Source: a virus
Virus record (IMG/VR): IMGVR_UViG_3300036800_000311
Span: 41,538-105,537 of that record
Direction: 5' to 3' (one strand)
Length of the DNA: 64,000 bases
In this document: piece by piece, positions 19,925 through 30,249 of the stretch
Layout: every line of letters begins with the position of its first letter
Position numbering within the stretch: the stretch's first letter is position 1
The notes under the pieces: model-generated
Databases searched by the model: none
What the model was told of the DNA's origin: nothing
What the model saw: the letters and a program-made list of their open reading frames with translations, nothing else
Position numbers and translations under genes: made by a program

Positions 19925-20946
19925 ATGAGCGACCCCAGGAGGCAGCATGGGACTAGATGGACCCAGCCGCAGAATCGTGTACGAGCCGGTAGAGGAGCCG
20001 AGCACCGAGCCGCGAGGGCCATCGACGCCGGAGTCCGAGCCCGAGCGCACTCCTACGTCCCCGTCCCGAGAGCGCGACCCCGTCTCGGCGTAGGCCTGTT
20101 CCGGGAGATGGCGAAGGTCTCCGAGGCGGTGTTGCAGATGACGTTGACGTTCTCCGTCAGCACCCGCGAGATGTCCGAGGTGATGGCCGCCCTGTCGGCG
20201 ACCATCTACGGCTCGGGCGGTGCGATCCCCGTCCGGCGGGAGGTCGAGGTCGTCGGCACCGTGGAGTTCGAGGACCCGCCGCCAGTTCGTCGCGCGGGGA
20301 AGGCGATCGGCTACCGCTGGTGGACGCTGGACGGGTACCGGCTGATGTCGGCGAACGCCGTGATGAGGAAGTACTGGGAGATCGGCCCGAACGAGGCGGT
20401 CTGTCACTTCTCGGAGTACGCGGCCCTCGGGACGCTCCGGGTCACGGCTCGCGGCGGCGCTCCCCCCGGCCACGAGGCCCCGCACCCGGACTGCGAGTGC
20501 GGTCTCTACGCCTGGTACGACGTCCCGAGCCACCCGGAGCGGGCGGTCACGGCGCTGAGCTCGGTCATCTACGGAGCACCGCCAGCCGACGCCTCGCTCC
20601 GCGTCTACGGGGCGGTCACACGGCGTGGGGTCCGATCGACGCCCACCCGACGGGCTTCCGCTCGCGGTTCGCGGAGGCGGTCGTCCTCGCGTACGACCCG
20701 GATCAGCCCTATCGGCACGTCGTCCGCGTCCAGGCCATCGCGTCGGAGATGGGCGTCCCCTGCGTCGAGCTCGAGGATCTCCGGGCGGCCGCGGCGGACC
20801 ACGGCGAGGAGATCCCGGTCGACCTGCGCCCCTTGGAAAGTCATATCGTTGCGGATCTTCGAGCGTACGCTCAGACGTACGCCCAGGCGACCAACCCACA
20901 CATGGCCCGTTCGGCCCATGGCAACCCGCTCTGGCAGATGCCTTGA
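19925..20946 (+). pseudogene. Frameshifted hypothetical phage gene (HEAP..CECGLYA motif)
   Basis: Protein-like sequence ends at RVYGAVT and resumes as AWGPIDAHPTGFRS in another frame. An AC duplication (GTCACACGG, about 20615-20623) explains the shift. Confidence 0.6.
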
Positions 20947-21020
20947 GCGGAGCGCGCCGCTCTCCCCGCTACGCTTCGCCTCTCGGGGCCGACGCCTGCC
21001 AAGACACCTCGGCCCCGACC

Positions 21021-21060
21021 GCCCTCGACCCGCCGCCCCCGGGTCGGGGGCTTTTTTTGT
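21021..21060 (+). terminator. Intrinsic terminator
   Basis: 12-bp stem GCCCTCGACCCG / CGGGTCGGGGGC followed by T7. Confidence 0.85.
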
Positions 21061-21101
21061 TCCGGCCGCGACGGCTAGTATACTGCTGGGTATGGACGCT
21101 G

Positions 21102-22688
21102 ATGGTCGATGAGCTCGTCTTCGGATCCTGCTTCTCGGGCGTCGGGGGCATCGACCTCGGACTCGAGCGAGCGGGGATGCGAGTCGCCTGGCAGTGCGAG
21201 TCCGATCCCTGGAGACGAGGGATCCTCGCCCGGCACTGGTCCGGAGTCCCCTGCTACGAAGATATCCGCGTGCTCGCTCGCGATTCGGGGGCGCGAGGGC
21301 GGAGCGCAGGCCGAGGTAGCGGACCTGCCGAGCCTGCGAGCGTCGGCTGGGGGTTCCAGTCGGGCGATGGTCTTCAATCCGCGAGTAGAAGGGAGCAAAC
21401 CACGAATGGGGATCTCCGGGGAAGTAGTGAGCACGCTTCATGTCGGTCAGATCCCGGGTTCGTTGACCTCCTCGCAGGCGGCGTCCCATGCCAGGACTGG
21501 AGCGTCGCGGGTCGACGGAGGGGCCTCGCTGGGGGACGATCCGGCCTCTTCTTCGAGTTCGCCCGAGTCGCAGATGAGCTTGTTCGGCCCGCTGGATTCG
21601 TTCTCTTCGAGAACGTCCCGGGTCTCCTCTCCGCCTGCTCCTGTCAGGGATGCCGAGACCTGGGCGAGCTTCTACGAGTCCATCAGCGCGGACGGGGGGG
21701 GGCTGTCGTCGATGCCGGACGAGATCCTGGTCCTGGCCTCTTTGAGGATTCCCTGGGCGATGGTCCCGTCGATCCGCGCGGCTGTCCGTGTCGCCGCTGC
21801 GACGAGGCCCGGCGCCTCCGCTCCGAGCACGCGGGGACGGACTTCTGGGTGGTCCTGTCCACGCTTGGGAACCTCGGGTTTCACGACCTCGCCTGGCGAG
21901 TGCTGGACAGTCGGCACTTCGGAGTTCCCCAGCGGAGGAGGCGAGTCTTCGTCCTTGCCCGACGTGCTCGTGGGCGATCCTGCTGCGAGATTCTCCTTGA
22001 GTCCGAGGGCGGCGCGGGGGATCCTGCGCCGCGCGGAGAAGAGGGGCCGCGAGTTGCCGCGAGCCTTGCGAGCGGCTCTCACGGACCTGGCGTGAGCGCG
22101 CCGGGGCGACGGCAGGAGGATGACGTGAACATCGTCGCGAGTTCGATTCAGCGCTCTGGCCCCCCAGGTTCGCGCCGAGAGGACGAGTCGTCGCTCGTCT
22201 TCGGCGTGGATGTGTCGGCCACCCTCAAGGGCCATCGCGGGAAGGGCGGCGGGGGACTTGGCCCGGAGGAGACGCTGGTCTCCCATACGCTGACCTCGGG
22301 CGGATTCGACGCGAGTGAGGACGGTAGCGGCCGCGGCACTCCGCTAGTCGCCTCGGTCTCGGAGAACCAGCGGGGCGAGGTCCTGGAGACCGACTACGCC
22401 CACCAACTCACGACCGGCGGCGGGAAGCCTGGTCAGGGATTCTCGGCGGCTCGGATCGGATCGGCGGTTCGTCGCCTCACCCCGACGGAGTGCGAGCGCC
22501 TCCAGGGCTTCCCGGACGGCTGGACGATCCCCGAGGGTCCGTCGCTCGTCGGCGAGTCGTCGTTCCCCTACCGCGCCGACGAGAGGTGCCCGCTTCCGGA
22601 CGGTCCTCGCTATGCGGCGATGGGTGACGCGGTCACGGTGCCGGTCATCGAGTGGATCGGTCGGCGAATCGTCGCCTTCCGCGGATAA
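21102..22688 (+). CDS. DNA (cytosine-5) methyltransferase
   Basis: Motif I FSGVGG, IV GGVPCQDWS, VI ENVPG, VIII PQRRRRVF, IX RRLTPTECERLQGFP, X GDAV. Contains insertions and a long variable region. Confidence 0.92.
   Translation: MVDELVFGSCFSGVGGIDLGLERAGMRVAWQCESDPWRRGILARHWSGVPCYEDIRVLARDSGARGRSAGRGSGPAEPASVGWGFQSGDGLQSASRREQTTNGDLRGSSEHASCRSDPGFVDLLAGGVPCQDWSVAGRRRGLAGGRSGLFFEFARVADELVRPAGFVLFENVPGLLSACSCQGCRDLGELLRVHQRGRGGAVVDAGRDPGPGLFEDSLGDGPVDPRGCPCRRCDEARRLRSEHAGTDFWVVLSTLGNLGFHDLAWRVLDSRHFGVPQRRRRVFVLARRARGRSCCEILLESEGGAGDPAPRGEEGPRVAASLASGSHGPGVSAPGRRQEDDVNIVASSIQRSGPPGSRREDESSLVFGVDVSATLKGHRGKGGGGLGPEETLVSHTLTSGGFDASEDGSGRGTPLVASVSENQRGEVLETDYAHQLTTGGGKPGQGFSAARIGSAVRRLTPTECERLQGFPDGWTIPEGPSLVGESSFPYRADERCPLPDGPRYAAMGDAVTVPVIEWIGRRIVAFRG
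21109..22095 (+). CDS. Overprinted +1-frame ORF inside the C5 MTase
   Basis: 328 open codons with an ordered-looking C-terminus, SSLPDVL...FSLSPRAARGILRRAEKRGRELPRALRAAL. Confidence 0.5.
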   Translation: MSSSSDPASRASGASTSDSSERGCESPGSASPIPGDEGSSPGTGPESPATKISACSLAIRGREGGAQAEVADLPSLRASAGGSSRAMVFNPRVEGSKPRMGISGEVVSTLHVGQIPGSLTSSQAASHARTGASRVDGGASLGDDPASSSSSPESQMSLFGPLDSFSSRTSRVSSPPAPVRDAETWASFYESISADGGGLSSMPDEILVLASLRIPWAMVPSIRAAVRVAAATRPGASAPSTRGRTSGWSCPRLGTSGFTTSPGECWTVGTSEFPSGGGESSSLPDVLVGDPAARFSLSPRAARGILRRAEKRGRELPRALRAALTDLA

Positions 22689-22708
22689 AGATTTCCCCGC
22701 CCCGCCGA

Positions 22709-22763
22709 CCGAGGTAGTATACTAAGCGGCAGGTACCGAACTCCACCTACCAAGGAGAACCAG
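22709..22763 (+). promoter_or_regulatory. Phage promoter plus conserved leader, copy 2
   Basis: CCGAGGTAGTATACT...CTCCACCTACCA-AGGAG...ATG 22764. Confidence 0.75.
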
Positions 22764-25700
22764 ATGCCCCGCTACGTAGTCGTATCCCCGCAGGAGTCCC
22801 AGGGCCGCGAGATCGTCGGCTCCTACGCCGAGCAGTACGGCTGGAAGGTCCGCGATACCCAGGCCGATCCCGCTACGGGCCAGGTCTTCTGGTCCGGCGG
22901 TAAGCGCGAGATGCGCGCCACGGCTCGGGACCTGAATCGGCTGGCGTCGTGAGCGCCCCTAGCCCCTACCGCGTCGAGGCCATCGTCCACGAGGAGTGCA
23001 CCTGCACCCTCGGATACCTTGACGAAGGCCCGGAGACGATCGTCGACGGTGACGAGAACTGCGTCATTCACGGATGCTCGCCCTACGCCCTCCGCTCCGA
23101 GCGGTCCCGCGAGGTCGCGGATCTGCTGGCCGAGGCGGATCGGATTGACCGAGGGGTAGCGTCGTGAGCGCCGCGACGGAGTCCAAGGCGGCTCGGCTCC
23201 TCTCGGAGGGCCGCGTCGATCCGGACCCGACCCCGGCGCGGATCTTCCGCGTCGACGGGGACTCGGGCCGGTACGTGGTCTTCGTCTCCGCGCATCATCG
23301 CTCCTGTACCTGCCCGCACGGAGAGCACGGCGGGGAGGGGGACTGCAGCCACGTCTCGGCGGCGGTCGAGTGGGTCCTCTCGGAGGGCGCGCTGATGGAC
23401 GAGACGAGGCAGGAGCGGCCGCTCTCCGCCCGCGCGCTCCGCTTCCCGGACTACCTCCAGGCCCTTGCGGATCGCAAGGCTCGGGACTCGGAACTCGCCG
23501 ACGAGGCGTTCCGGAGGCTGGGCGCATGAACTGGCTCGGCGATCACCTGAGTGGCCGGTGGGACGAGTCGGACCGCGCGGAGCGGGAGACGGCGGCAAAG
23601 GTCGACGCGGTCTTCGCGGAGGCCGCGGACCGCGGCTACCTTCGGCGTATGTCGGCCGCTGCGCTGGAGGTCCGCGACCAGGTCCGCGACCAGGCGGAGG
23701 CCCGCGAGGGGCTCTACGGGCCTGGGATAGCGGACGAGGACCCCGTCTGCCCTGACTGCGGCGGCGAGGGCGTACGCGCCTCCCTCGGATGGCCGGAGAC
23801 GTGCTCTGGCTGCGGAGGGTACGGGACACTATGACCCCGATCGATCGAGGGCCGTCGCGGCCCCGCGTGATGAGCGGCTCGGTGGAGGTCCAGCCGCCGC
23901 TCCACCCGGAGCACGCCTACATCGACTCGGACGGATTCCGGAATGCCGACATGGAGGCGTCGGTCTACGAGGACAAGGACGGGTCGATCATCTACAGCGA
24001 TATCGCGGACCGTCGGCAGCCCACGGCGGTCGTCATCGCCCTGACGGCCGAGGGTGTCGAGTGGCTCCTCGAAGAGCTCGACCAGCATCGCGACGACCGC
24101 TTCGTTCGCGGACTGACCTACGCGCGTGACCTCGCCAAGGTCATCGCGTGGGATCGCGCGGCGGGACGATGACGACAGAGCAGGCCATACTTCGCTTCGA
24201 GCGGAAGGCCGCGGACCTACGATCCCGGGACCTCTTCGAGGCCGCCCAAGACTGGCAGCGTCGGGCCTCGGAGATGGCTTCGCTGGCGCGGATGGCCGAG
24301 GGCCTACCGGCCGCCAAGCGCCCACTTCGCGGGCTCGGCAGGGAGGCATTCTGATGGCGCGCAGCTACCACGACGACGGATGGACGCCGGTCGACGACGA
24401 GCCGTTCCGGGAGGAGTACATCGGGGGCCGGTACGTCTCCGACGACGAGCGGGAGGACGCCCGCCGGGAGCGCTACGACGACGAGCACCCGCCGAACCTC
24501 AGCTGCGAGGAGTGCGGATTCGAGTGGTACTCCCCGATCATCCGATCGCGGCACGAGCCGCCGGAGCCGCGCTACCCGGACTGCCCGCGCTGCGAGGGGA
24601 CGGCCTGATGTCTGAGCGCTACGCCAGGGAGTACGTCTGCCCCGACCCCGCGGAACACGGCGAGATAGCCTACGTTCCCGGTCTCCTGCGTGGAGACTGG
24701 CGCACCGGGCGGCAAGCGTGGACTCCGGTGGCCAAGATCCCCTCCTGTCCGATCTGCGGGGCCACCATGATCCACGATGTTGACCCCCCCAGCCTCGGCG
24801 TACGGATCGTACTGATCCACCGAGACGAGTTGCGGGCGAGCGCCTGATGGACCGTACGCCGCTCCGGGAGGCGTTCTTCGCGGAGGCGAAGACCGACCCG
24901 TACCTTCACCTGATCCAGCACATGCTCGCTGACGCCTGGGCGCGCGGGTACCGGCGGGCGCTGACCGACGCGACGGCGGCGGTCGCCGGGGATCCGCACG
25001 CGGGGACGGGATGGCAGTCGTTCTCGGACCTGCGCCGCAGGGCGCTGGGGGAGTTGACGGAGGACGCGGACGAGGCTAGCCGCGTCGTCGCGCTCGCCAA
25101 ACTCGGAGGGCGGCTGAACGTCGACACCTCCCTACGGACTCCCCCCGATGCCTGGGCCTGAGATCTCCCTCTCCGCGGACGAGATCCGCGTCGCCCAGCG
25201 CGAGGCCCTACGCCTCGGGTGGGGCGAGGGGGAGCTCCGGCGGCTCGTGCCGCACGAGCCGCCCGGCCCGATCCCGTCGCTGGACATGGAGAAGATTCTC
25301 CGCGCGGCGTACGAGCAGCGCTGGCACGACCAGGGCGGAGACGGGATCCTCTCGGAGATCGCCTCCGTCATGGCGGAGCGTGCCTGCCAGATAACCCAAC
25401 GCGACACGCTTCGGAAGGAGTTGGACGATCTCCACGAGGAGCTTTCCGTGGCGCACGACCTGGAGGAGATCCGCGAGCACGTCCGCTTCTTGCTGGAGAA
25501 CCTGGAGGGCGCCCGCTGGCTGAAGATGGCGCGATCCTACGAGGCGCTCGGGCGGCTGGTGAATCGTGAGGGTTAGCTCCGCCTACGACCCAGCGCGCGC
25601 CCGGATCGACGTCTACGTCCGCGTCGATCCCGAATCGGCGCTCGTCTACGAGGACGGACTGGACCGCGTCGTGCGGATCGCCGCGGGATACGAGTGCCCG

Positions 25701-26483
25701 ATCTACCTCTCCGTTCCGTCTGATATGGCGGGCCTGCTGATCTCCGCGCTCCAGGAATCGGGCGCGGCGGAGCCAGCTACCCAGGCACACCTTCGGGACG
25801 CGGTCGTCGTCCGTGATCGCCTCCTCGCGATGGTCGAGTCGAGGTGGAACAGATGAGCGTTCGGATCCTCTATAGCGGCACCCAGGATCGAGCCTGCTTC
25901 TATGACGCTACGACCGGCGAGGCGTTCGGCCCGATATTTGAGGACGCCCTGGAGACGGACGAGCGGTACGTTTCGGGCGACACGGCGGAGTCCCTGGCGA
26001 AGGCGTTCCTGCGGCACCTGACCGAGGATCTCGGCGTCGCGGACCCGCGTAGCCTTGACCCTCGGACCTTGATGAACACATACGCGCGCTGGCGGGCGAC
26101 CGTCGCGTGGCCGCAGAGTGAGGAGAGAGAGAATGAGTCGGATCGTCCTGACCCGCTATGAGAGCAACCAGGAGCGAGTCGTCGTCGGCTGGGATCATCC
26201 CTGCGGAGGCGCGTTCTGGCAGGAGTTTGCGGAGGACCCCGCGGACGGGAGCTTCCCAGATGACTTCGAGGAGGTCATCCGCGAGGGCGGCCTCCTGCCG
26301 GGCCTGCCGCTCCCGCTCGGCCCGCAGGTGCCCGAGGATCTCCGCCCGCTCGTCACGCCCGAGGTCGAGGCGCTGCTGGCGAGGCACGCGGAGGACCCCG
26401 ACTCGGACTACCGCACCAACCCGATAGACCTGAGCGCCGCGGAGCGGCCGATCATGCGGAACCTCGCGGAGGATCTTCGATGA
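22764..26483 (+). other. Rightward early operon of small hypothetical genes, several with Cys motifs
   Basis: Chain of short, mostly ATGA/GTGA-coupled ORFs downstream of promoter copy 2. Confidence 0.6.
23164..23529 (+). CDS. SWIM zinc-finger protein
   Basis: YVVFV...SCTCPHG...CSHVSAA (CxC-n-CxH). Confidence 0.7.
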   Translation: MSAATESKAARLLSEGRVDPDPTPARIFRVDGDSGRYVVFVSAHHRSCTCPHGEHGGEGDCSHVSAAVEWVLSEGALMDETRQERPLSARALRFPDYLQALADRKARDSELADEAFRRLGA

Positions 26484-27775
26484 GCCGCCGGACTCGTACC
26501 TCCCCGTGGCTATGGATCCGCCTGACGTTCTTCTCGATGTTGTTCCTGCTGGCGTCGGCGACCAAGTCGCCAGGGGTCGAGGTTGATCCGTGGCAGCAGG
26601 CCCACGATCAACTCGCCCCGGCGGCGCGCGAGCGCTGGGAGGTCGGCGAGGTCCGAACGATCTACCAGGCCGTCATGCCGGGCCTGGACCCCGCCGAGTT
26701 CCAGATGGTGATGGCGATGGCCGCGCGATACGACCTCGATCCCCTCGCCCACGAGATATGGGGCGCGAAGGGCAAGACGCGGGACGGTCGTCCCGGGCGC
26801 GTCCTGATCCTGGTCGGCCGCGACGGACTACTGAAGGTCGCCCGTCGGGACGCTACCTACGCGGGGTTCGACTCGGACGTGGTCCACGAGAAGGACACGT
26901 TCCGCGTCAAGCGCTCCGGCGCGGGCCGAGAGATCATCCACGAGTACGAGGGCGGGACCAAGGACCGCGGGCCGATCATCGGGGCGTGGGCTCAGGTCTA
27001 CCAGAAGGGGTATCACGACACGTACTTCTTCGCGCCCTGGGAGGAGTACTTTCCGAACCGCGCGGACGACAAGAGTCCCTGGACGAAGCAGCCGAGCGTG
27101 ATGATCCAGAAGTGCGCACTATCACTGTGCCTGCGGCTGGCGTTCAACCTCTCGGGCGTCGTCTCCGAGGAGGAGGGCGCGCGGGCCTTCGAGGATGACG
27201 TCGCCTCGGCGGCGGAGTCCGAGGACTCCCTCTCGGCGGCCGTGGCCGAGATCTCGCCGGACCTCCGCGACCGCCTCTACGCTGCGTACGGAGAGGCGGC
27301 CCACCTCCGGCCGGGGCAGATGACCCCGGCGTCGGTCGAGATGTCGGTCAAGGGGCAGTCCCGGGAGCGGATCGTCGCCTACCTCGACGAGGCGGAGGAG
27401 GCGAACGCCGCGGTCCGGAGCCGGGCGGAGGCGCGCTCCGCGGACGACGCTATCTCGGACGCGGAGGTCGTCGAGCCGGACGTCCCCGCGGACGCCTCGG
27501 ACCTACCAGACTTGAGCGGCGAGGAGCCGACGGCCTCCGTCTCTTCCCCTACGCCGGACGGAGGGTCCGCGCCCATCGCCCCGGGCATGGCCCTCGCCGC
27601 TCAGGAGCACCTGGACGTCCTTCATCGTCGCCTCTCGGACCTGACGGACCGCCAGGCGGACCTGGACCCCGAGTCGGCGGACGCGGAGCTCGTGACGGAG
27701 GAGGTCGCCACGATCGAGGCCGAGATCCGCGAGGTCGGCGGAACGCTCCCCGGGCAGGAGTCCTTCGATGTCTGA
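26480..27775 (+). CDS. RecT/Bet single-strand annealing protein
   Basis: YDLDPLAHEIW, LVGRDGLLKVA, IIGAWA, SPWTKQPSVMIQKCALSLCLRLAF; long acidic tail; unusual hydrophobic N-terminal leader. Confidence 0.88.
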   Translation: MSRRTRTSPWLWIRLTFFSMLFLLASATKSPGVEVDPWQQAHDQLAPAARERWEVGEVRTIYQAVMPGLDPAEFQMVMAMAARYDLDPLAHEIWGAKGKTRDGRPGRVLILVGRDGLLKVARRDATYAGFDSDVVHEKDTFRVKRSGAGREIIHEYEGGTKDRGPIIGAWAQVYQKGYHDTYFFAPWEEYFPNRADDKSPWTKQPSVMIQKCALSLCLRLAFNLSGVVSEEEGARAFEDDVASAAESEDSLSAAVAEISPDLRDRLYAAYGEAAHLRPGQMTPASVEMSVKGQSRERIVAYLDEAEEANAAVRSRAEARSADDAISDAEVVEPDVPADASDLPDLSGEEPTASVSSPTPDGGSAPIAPGMALAAQEHLDVLHRRLSDLTDRQADLDPESADAELVTEEVATIEAEIREVGGTLPGQESFDV

Positions 27776-28331
27776 GAAGCGCACCCCGCTCGAGGCGAGG
27801 AAGCACGACTGGCGCTGGCCCTGGGTTCGCGGGTACGAGTACATCTCGCAGGAGGGAACCTCGTTCTGGCGGCGACTCCGAGAGGCGCACGGCCTATCCA
27901 GGGAGGACGTCTATGAGCTGAGCGAATACTCCCTGACCCCGGCCCGCCAGGCGGATATCGAGGGCGACTACGCCGCGGGGGCCGTGTGGGAGATGGACGA
28001 CCTGCTGACGCTCGCGACGATCTACGGTCGCGCTCCGGGGGAGCTGCTCGACGCCTCCCTCGACGAGAAGGGGTCCGAGTTGTTGGCGGGTGACATGCAG
28101 GACCTCGCCCCGTTGCCGCCCCTCGACGAGGTGCCCCCGCTGGTGTCGGTCTACTACCGCAACTATCGTGGCGAGTCGGCGAGTCGGCGGGTGACCCCGC
28201 TCCGCGTTCGCTTCGGGACGACCGAGCACCACAAGGAGCCCCAGTTCCTCCTGGAGGTCTTCGACCACGACAAGCGCGCGGCGCGGACCTTCGCGCTCGC
28301 GGAGTGCGACTTTGACTCGGAGCGCTGGTGA
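27768..28331 (+). CDS. XRE-like HTH plus WYL domain protein
   Basis: RRLREAHGLSREDV...LATIYG..PGELL, then YRNYRGESASRRVTP...FLLEVFDHDKRAARTFAL. Confidence 0.7.
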   Translation: MSEKRTPLEARKHDWRWPWVRGYEYISQEGTSFWRRLREAHGLSREDVYELSEYSLTPARQADIEGDYAAGAVWEMDDLLTLATIYGRAPGELLDASLDEKGSELLAGDMQDLAPLPPLDEVPPLVSVYYRNYRGESASRRVTPLRVRFGTTEHHKEPQFLLEVFDHDKRAARTFALAECDFDSERW

Positions 28332-29053
28332 GCACCCTAGATCGCAACGATCTCGCGTTCTGGTTTCCCCCGATCCGCGACGCGGGCCTGCCAGTACCGC
28401 GGACGGAGATCGTCTCGACCGACGTTGAGTTAGACCACCTCCTCGACGGCGTGGAGCCCCGAGGATTCGACGAGTTCCTCCACTCCCTCCAGACGGCGGT
28501 CCAGGCGATCGGCGGAGGCGATCCCGTCTTCCTGCGCACCGGCCACGGCTCGGGGAAGCACTCCTGGGCGCGGACCTGCTTCCTGGAGGACCCCGAGGCG
28601 CTGGCGGAGCACGTGGGCGCGCTCGTGGAGTGGTCGGCGATGGCGGGGATCTTCGGCCTGCCGACGAGCACCTGGGCCGTCCGCGAGCTGATCCCGACCG
28701 CCCCGATCTGCCGCTGCGAGGCGTACGGCGGGATGCCGGTCGTCCGGGAGTTCCGCTACTTCGTTCGCGTCCTCCCGTCGCTACGGACGAGCATCGAGCA
28801 CGCCCAACCGTACTGGCCCCCGGCCGCTGTCGAGGAGGGGCATCCTGACGTCGAGGACTGGCGCGAGCGCCTGGCGGGCATCTCCCGTATTGGCTTAGAC
28901 TGGAGGGCGCTCGCGGATCTGGCGCACGAGGCGGCGAGGGCCGTCGGCGGAGGCTTCTGGTCGGTCGACTTCCTCCAGGGCGCGGACGGGAAGTGGCGGC
29001 TCACGGACATGGCCGACGGCGACGACAGTTTCCGTTACGAGGTCGGCACGTGA
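28328..29053 (+). CDS. ATP-grasp fold protein (R2K-like)
   Basis: VFLRTGHGSGKHSW, VRELI, EFRYFV, WSVDF...WRLTDM. Confidence 0.65.
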   Translation: MSTLDRNDLAFWFPPIRDAGLPVPRTEIVSTDVELDHLLDGVEPRGFDEFLHSLQTAVQAIGGGDPVFLRTGHGSGKHSWARTCFLEDPEALAEHVGALVEWSAMAGIFGLPTSTWAVRELIPTAPICRCEAYGGMPVVREFRYFVRVLPSLRTSIEHAQPYWPPAAVEEGHPDVEDWRERLAGISRIGLDWRALADLAHEAARAVGGGFWSVDFLQGADGKWRLTDMADGDDSFRYEVGT

Positions 29054-30249
29054 GCGGCCTCGTCGCCTTCGACGCGCCCCTCGCCTGGAGGCAGAGCGAC
29101 ATCGCCACCTTCGACGCCTGCCCGCTCTCCCTCGGACTGAGGAAGTCGATCAACCTCCGCCAGTTGCCGGGGCAGATCGGGAACCTCGGCGCGCGCGGCG
29201 TCCTATTTCACCGCTTCGCCGCCGCGGCGATCGAGCACATGAGGGAGCACCAGGAGCGCTCGATCGACGTCGCGATGGCGATGGAGCTGCTGGCGGAGGT
29301 CATCGCTCAGCGTGACGTCGCCGACGAGGACGTCGTCCACCTTCCCCTCGCGGACATGCGCTGGCTGCGGGTTCTCGTGACGCGCTGGTCCTATCAGCAC
29401 GAGTTCACGATCGAGCGGGTGGTCGCCGTCGAGCGTCGCCTCTACGGGGAGATCGAGGTGCGAGGCCCCGACGGTACGACGTACACGCGGGCGGTGACGG
29501 GGATGCCCGACGTCCTGCTCGCGGGTCCCGGGCCGGAGGAGGCGACGATCATCGACTGGAAGACGGGGTTCGCGCCGCCCGCTCGGAAGCGGGAGCCGAC
29601 GGAGGAGGACCCCGAGCCCTCGGACAAGCTCAGCGACATGGGCTACGTGCAGCAGGTCGTCTACGGCTGGCTCGTGATGAAGAACTACCCGTCGATCCAG
29701 CGCGTGACCGAGCGCGAGTGGTACGTGATGGCGAAGGAGGATCCCGTCCGGGAGGCGTCGGTCGAGCGTTGGGAGATGGAGCGGATCGAGGACGTCCTCG
29801 CGGGCGTCATCTCGCAGATGGACGGGGCGATCGCCTCGCTCCCGGATCTCCTCAGGGCGCAGGCTAAGGCGCGGAGGGCGAAGAAGCCGGTCCCGACGGG
29901 GAGGTTCTTCCCGATCCCCGGCTCGCACTGCGGGGTCTGCGTCGGCCGTCGCCACTGCCCGGTTCGCAAGAACTTCGGCATCCCCGACACGCTCGTGGAG
30001 GCCCAGCGGCTCGCGCGAGAGTGGCACGTCGCGGGGGAGATCCGGACGGAGCGCATACCGTACCTAAAGGGCTGGGTGGCGGACAACGGTCCGATCCCGG
30101 TCCCGCACGCCAAGGGTCGCCGGGTCGTCGGGTTCAGGAACGGCTCGCGGTCGCTCTCCCTCTTCGAGCCCGAGTCCGCGCCGGACTCCCCCTTCGATCC
30201 CCTCCTGGAGGAGGCGGCGCGGAAGGCGGGGGTGCTGTCCGATGCCTGA
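29050..30249 (+). CDS. PD-(D/E)XK (RecB-like) exonuclease
   Basis: N-terminal CP, GVLFH, VERRL, GMPD, IIDWKTG, QxxxY, and C-terminal CGVC...CP. Confidence 0.85.
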   Translation: MSGLVAFDAPLAWRQSDIATFDACPLSLGLRKSINLRQLPGQIGNLGARGVLFHRFAAAAIEHMREHQERSIDVAMAMELLAEVIAQRDVADEDVVHLPLADMRWLRVLVTRWSYQHEFTIERVVAVERRLYGEIEVRGPDGTTYTRAVTGMPDVLLAGPGPEEATIIDWKTGFAPPARKREPTEEDPEPSDKLSDMGYVQQVVYGWLVMKNYPSIQRVTEREWYVMAKEDPVREASVERWEMERIEDVLAGVISQMDGAIASLPDLLRAQAKARRAKKPVPTGRFFPIPGSHCGVCVGRRHCPVRKNFGIPDTLVEAQRLAREWHVAGEIRTERIPYLKGWVADNGPIPVPHAKGRRVVGFRNGSRSLSLFEPESAPDSPFDPLLEEAARKAGVLSDA

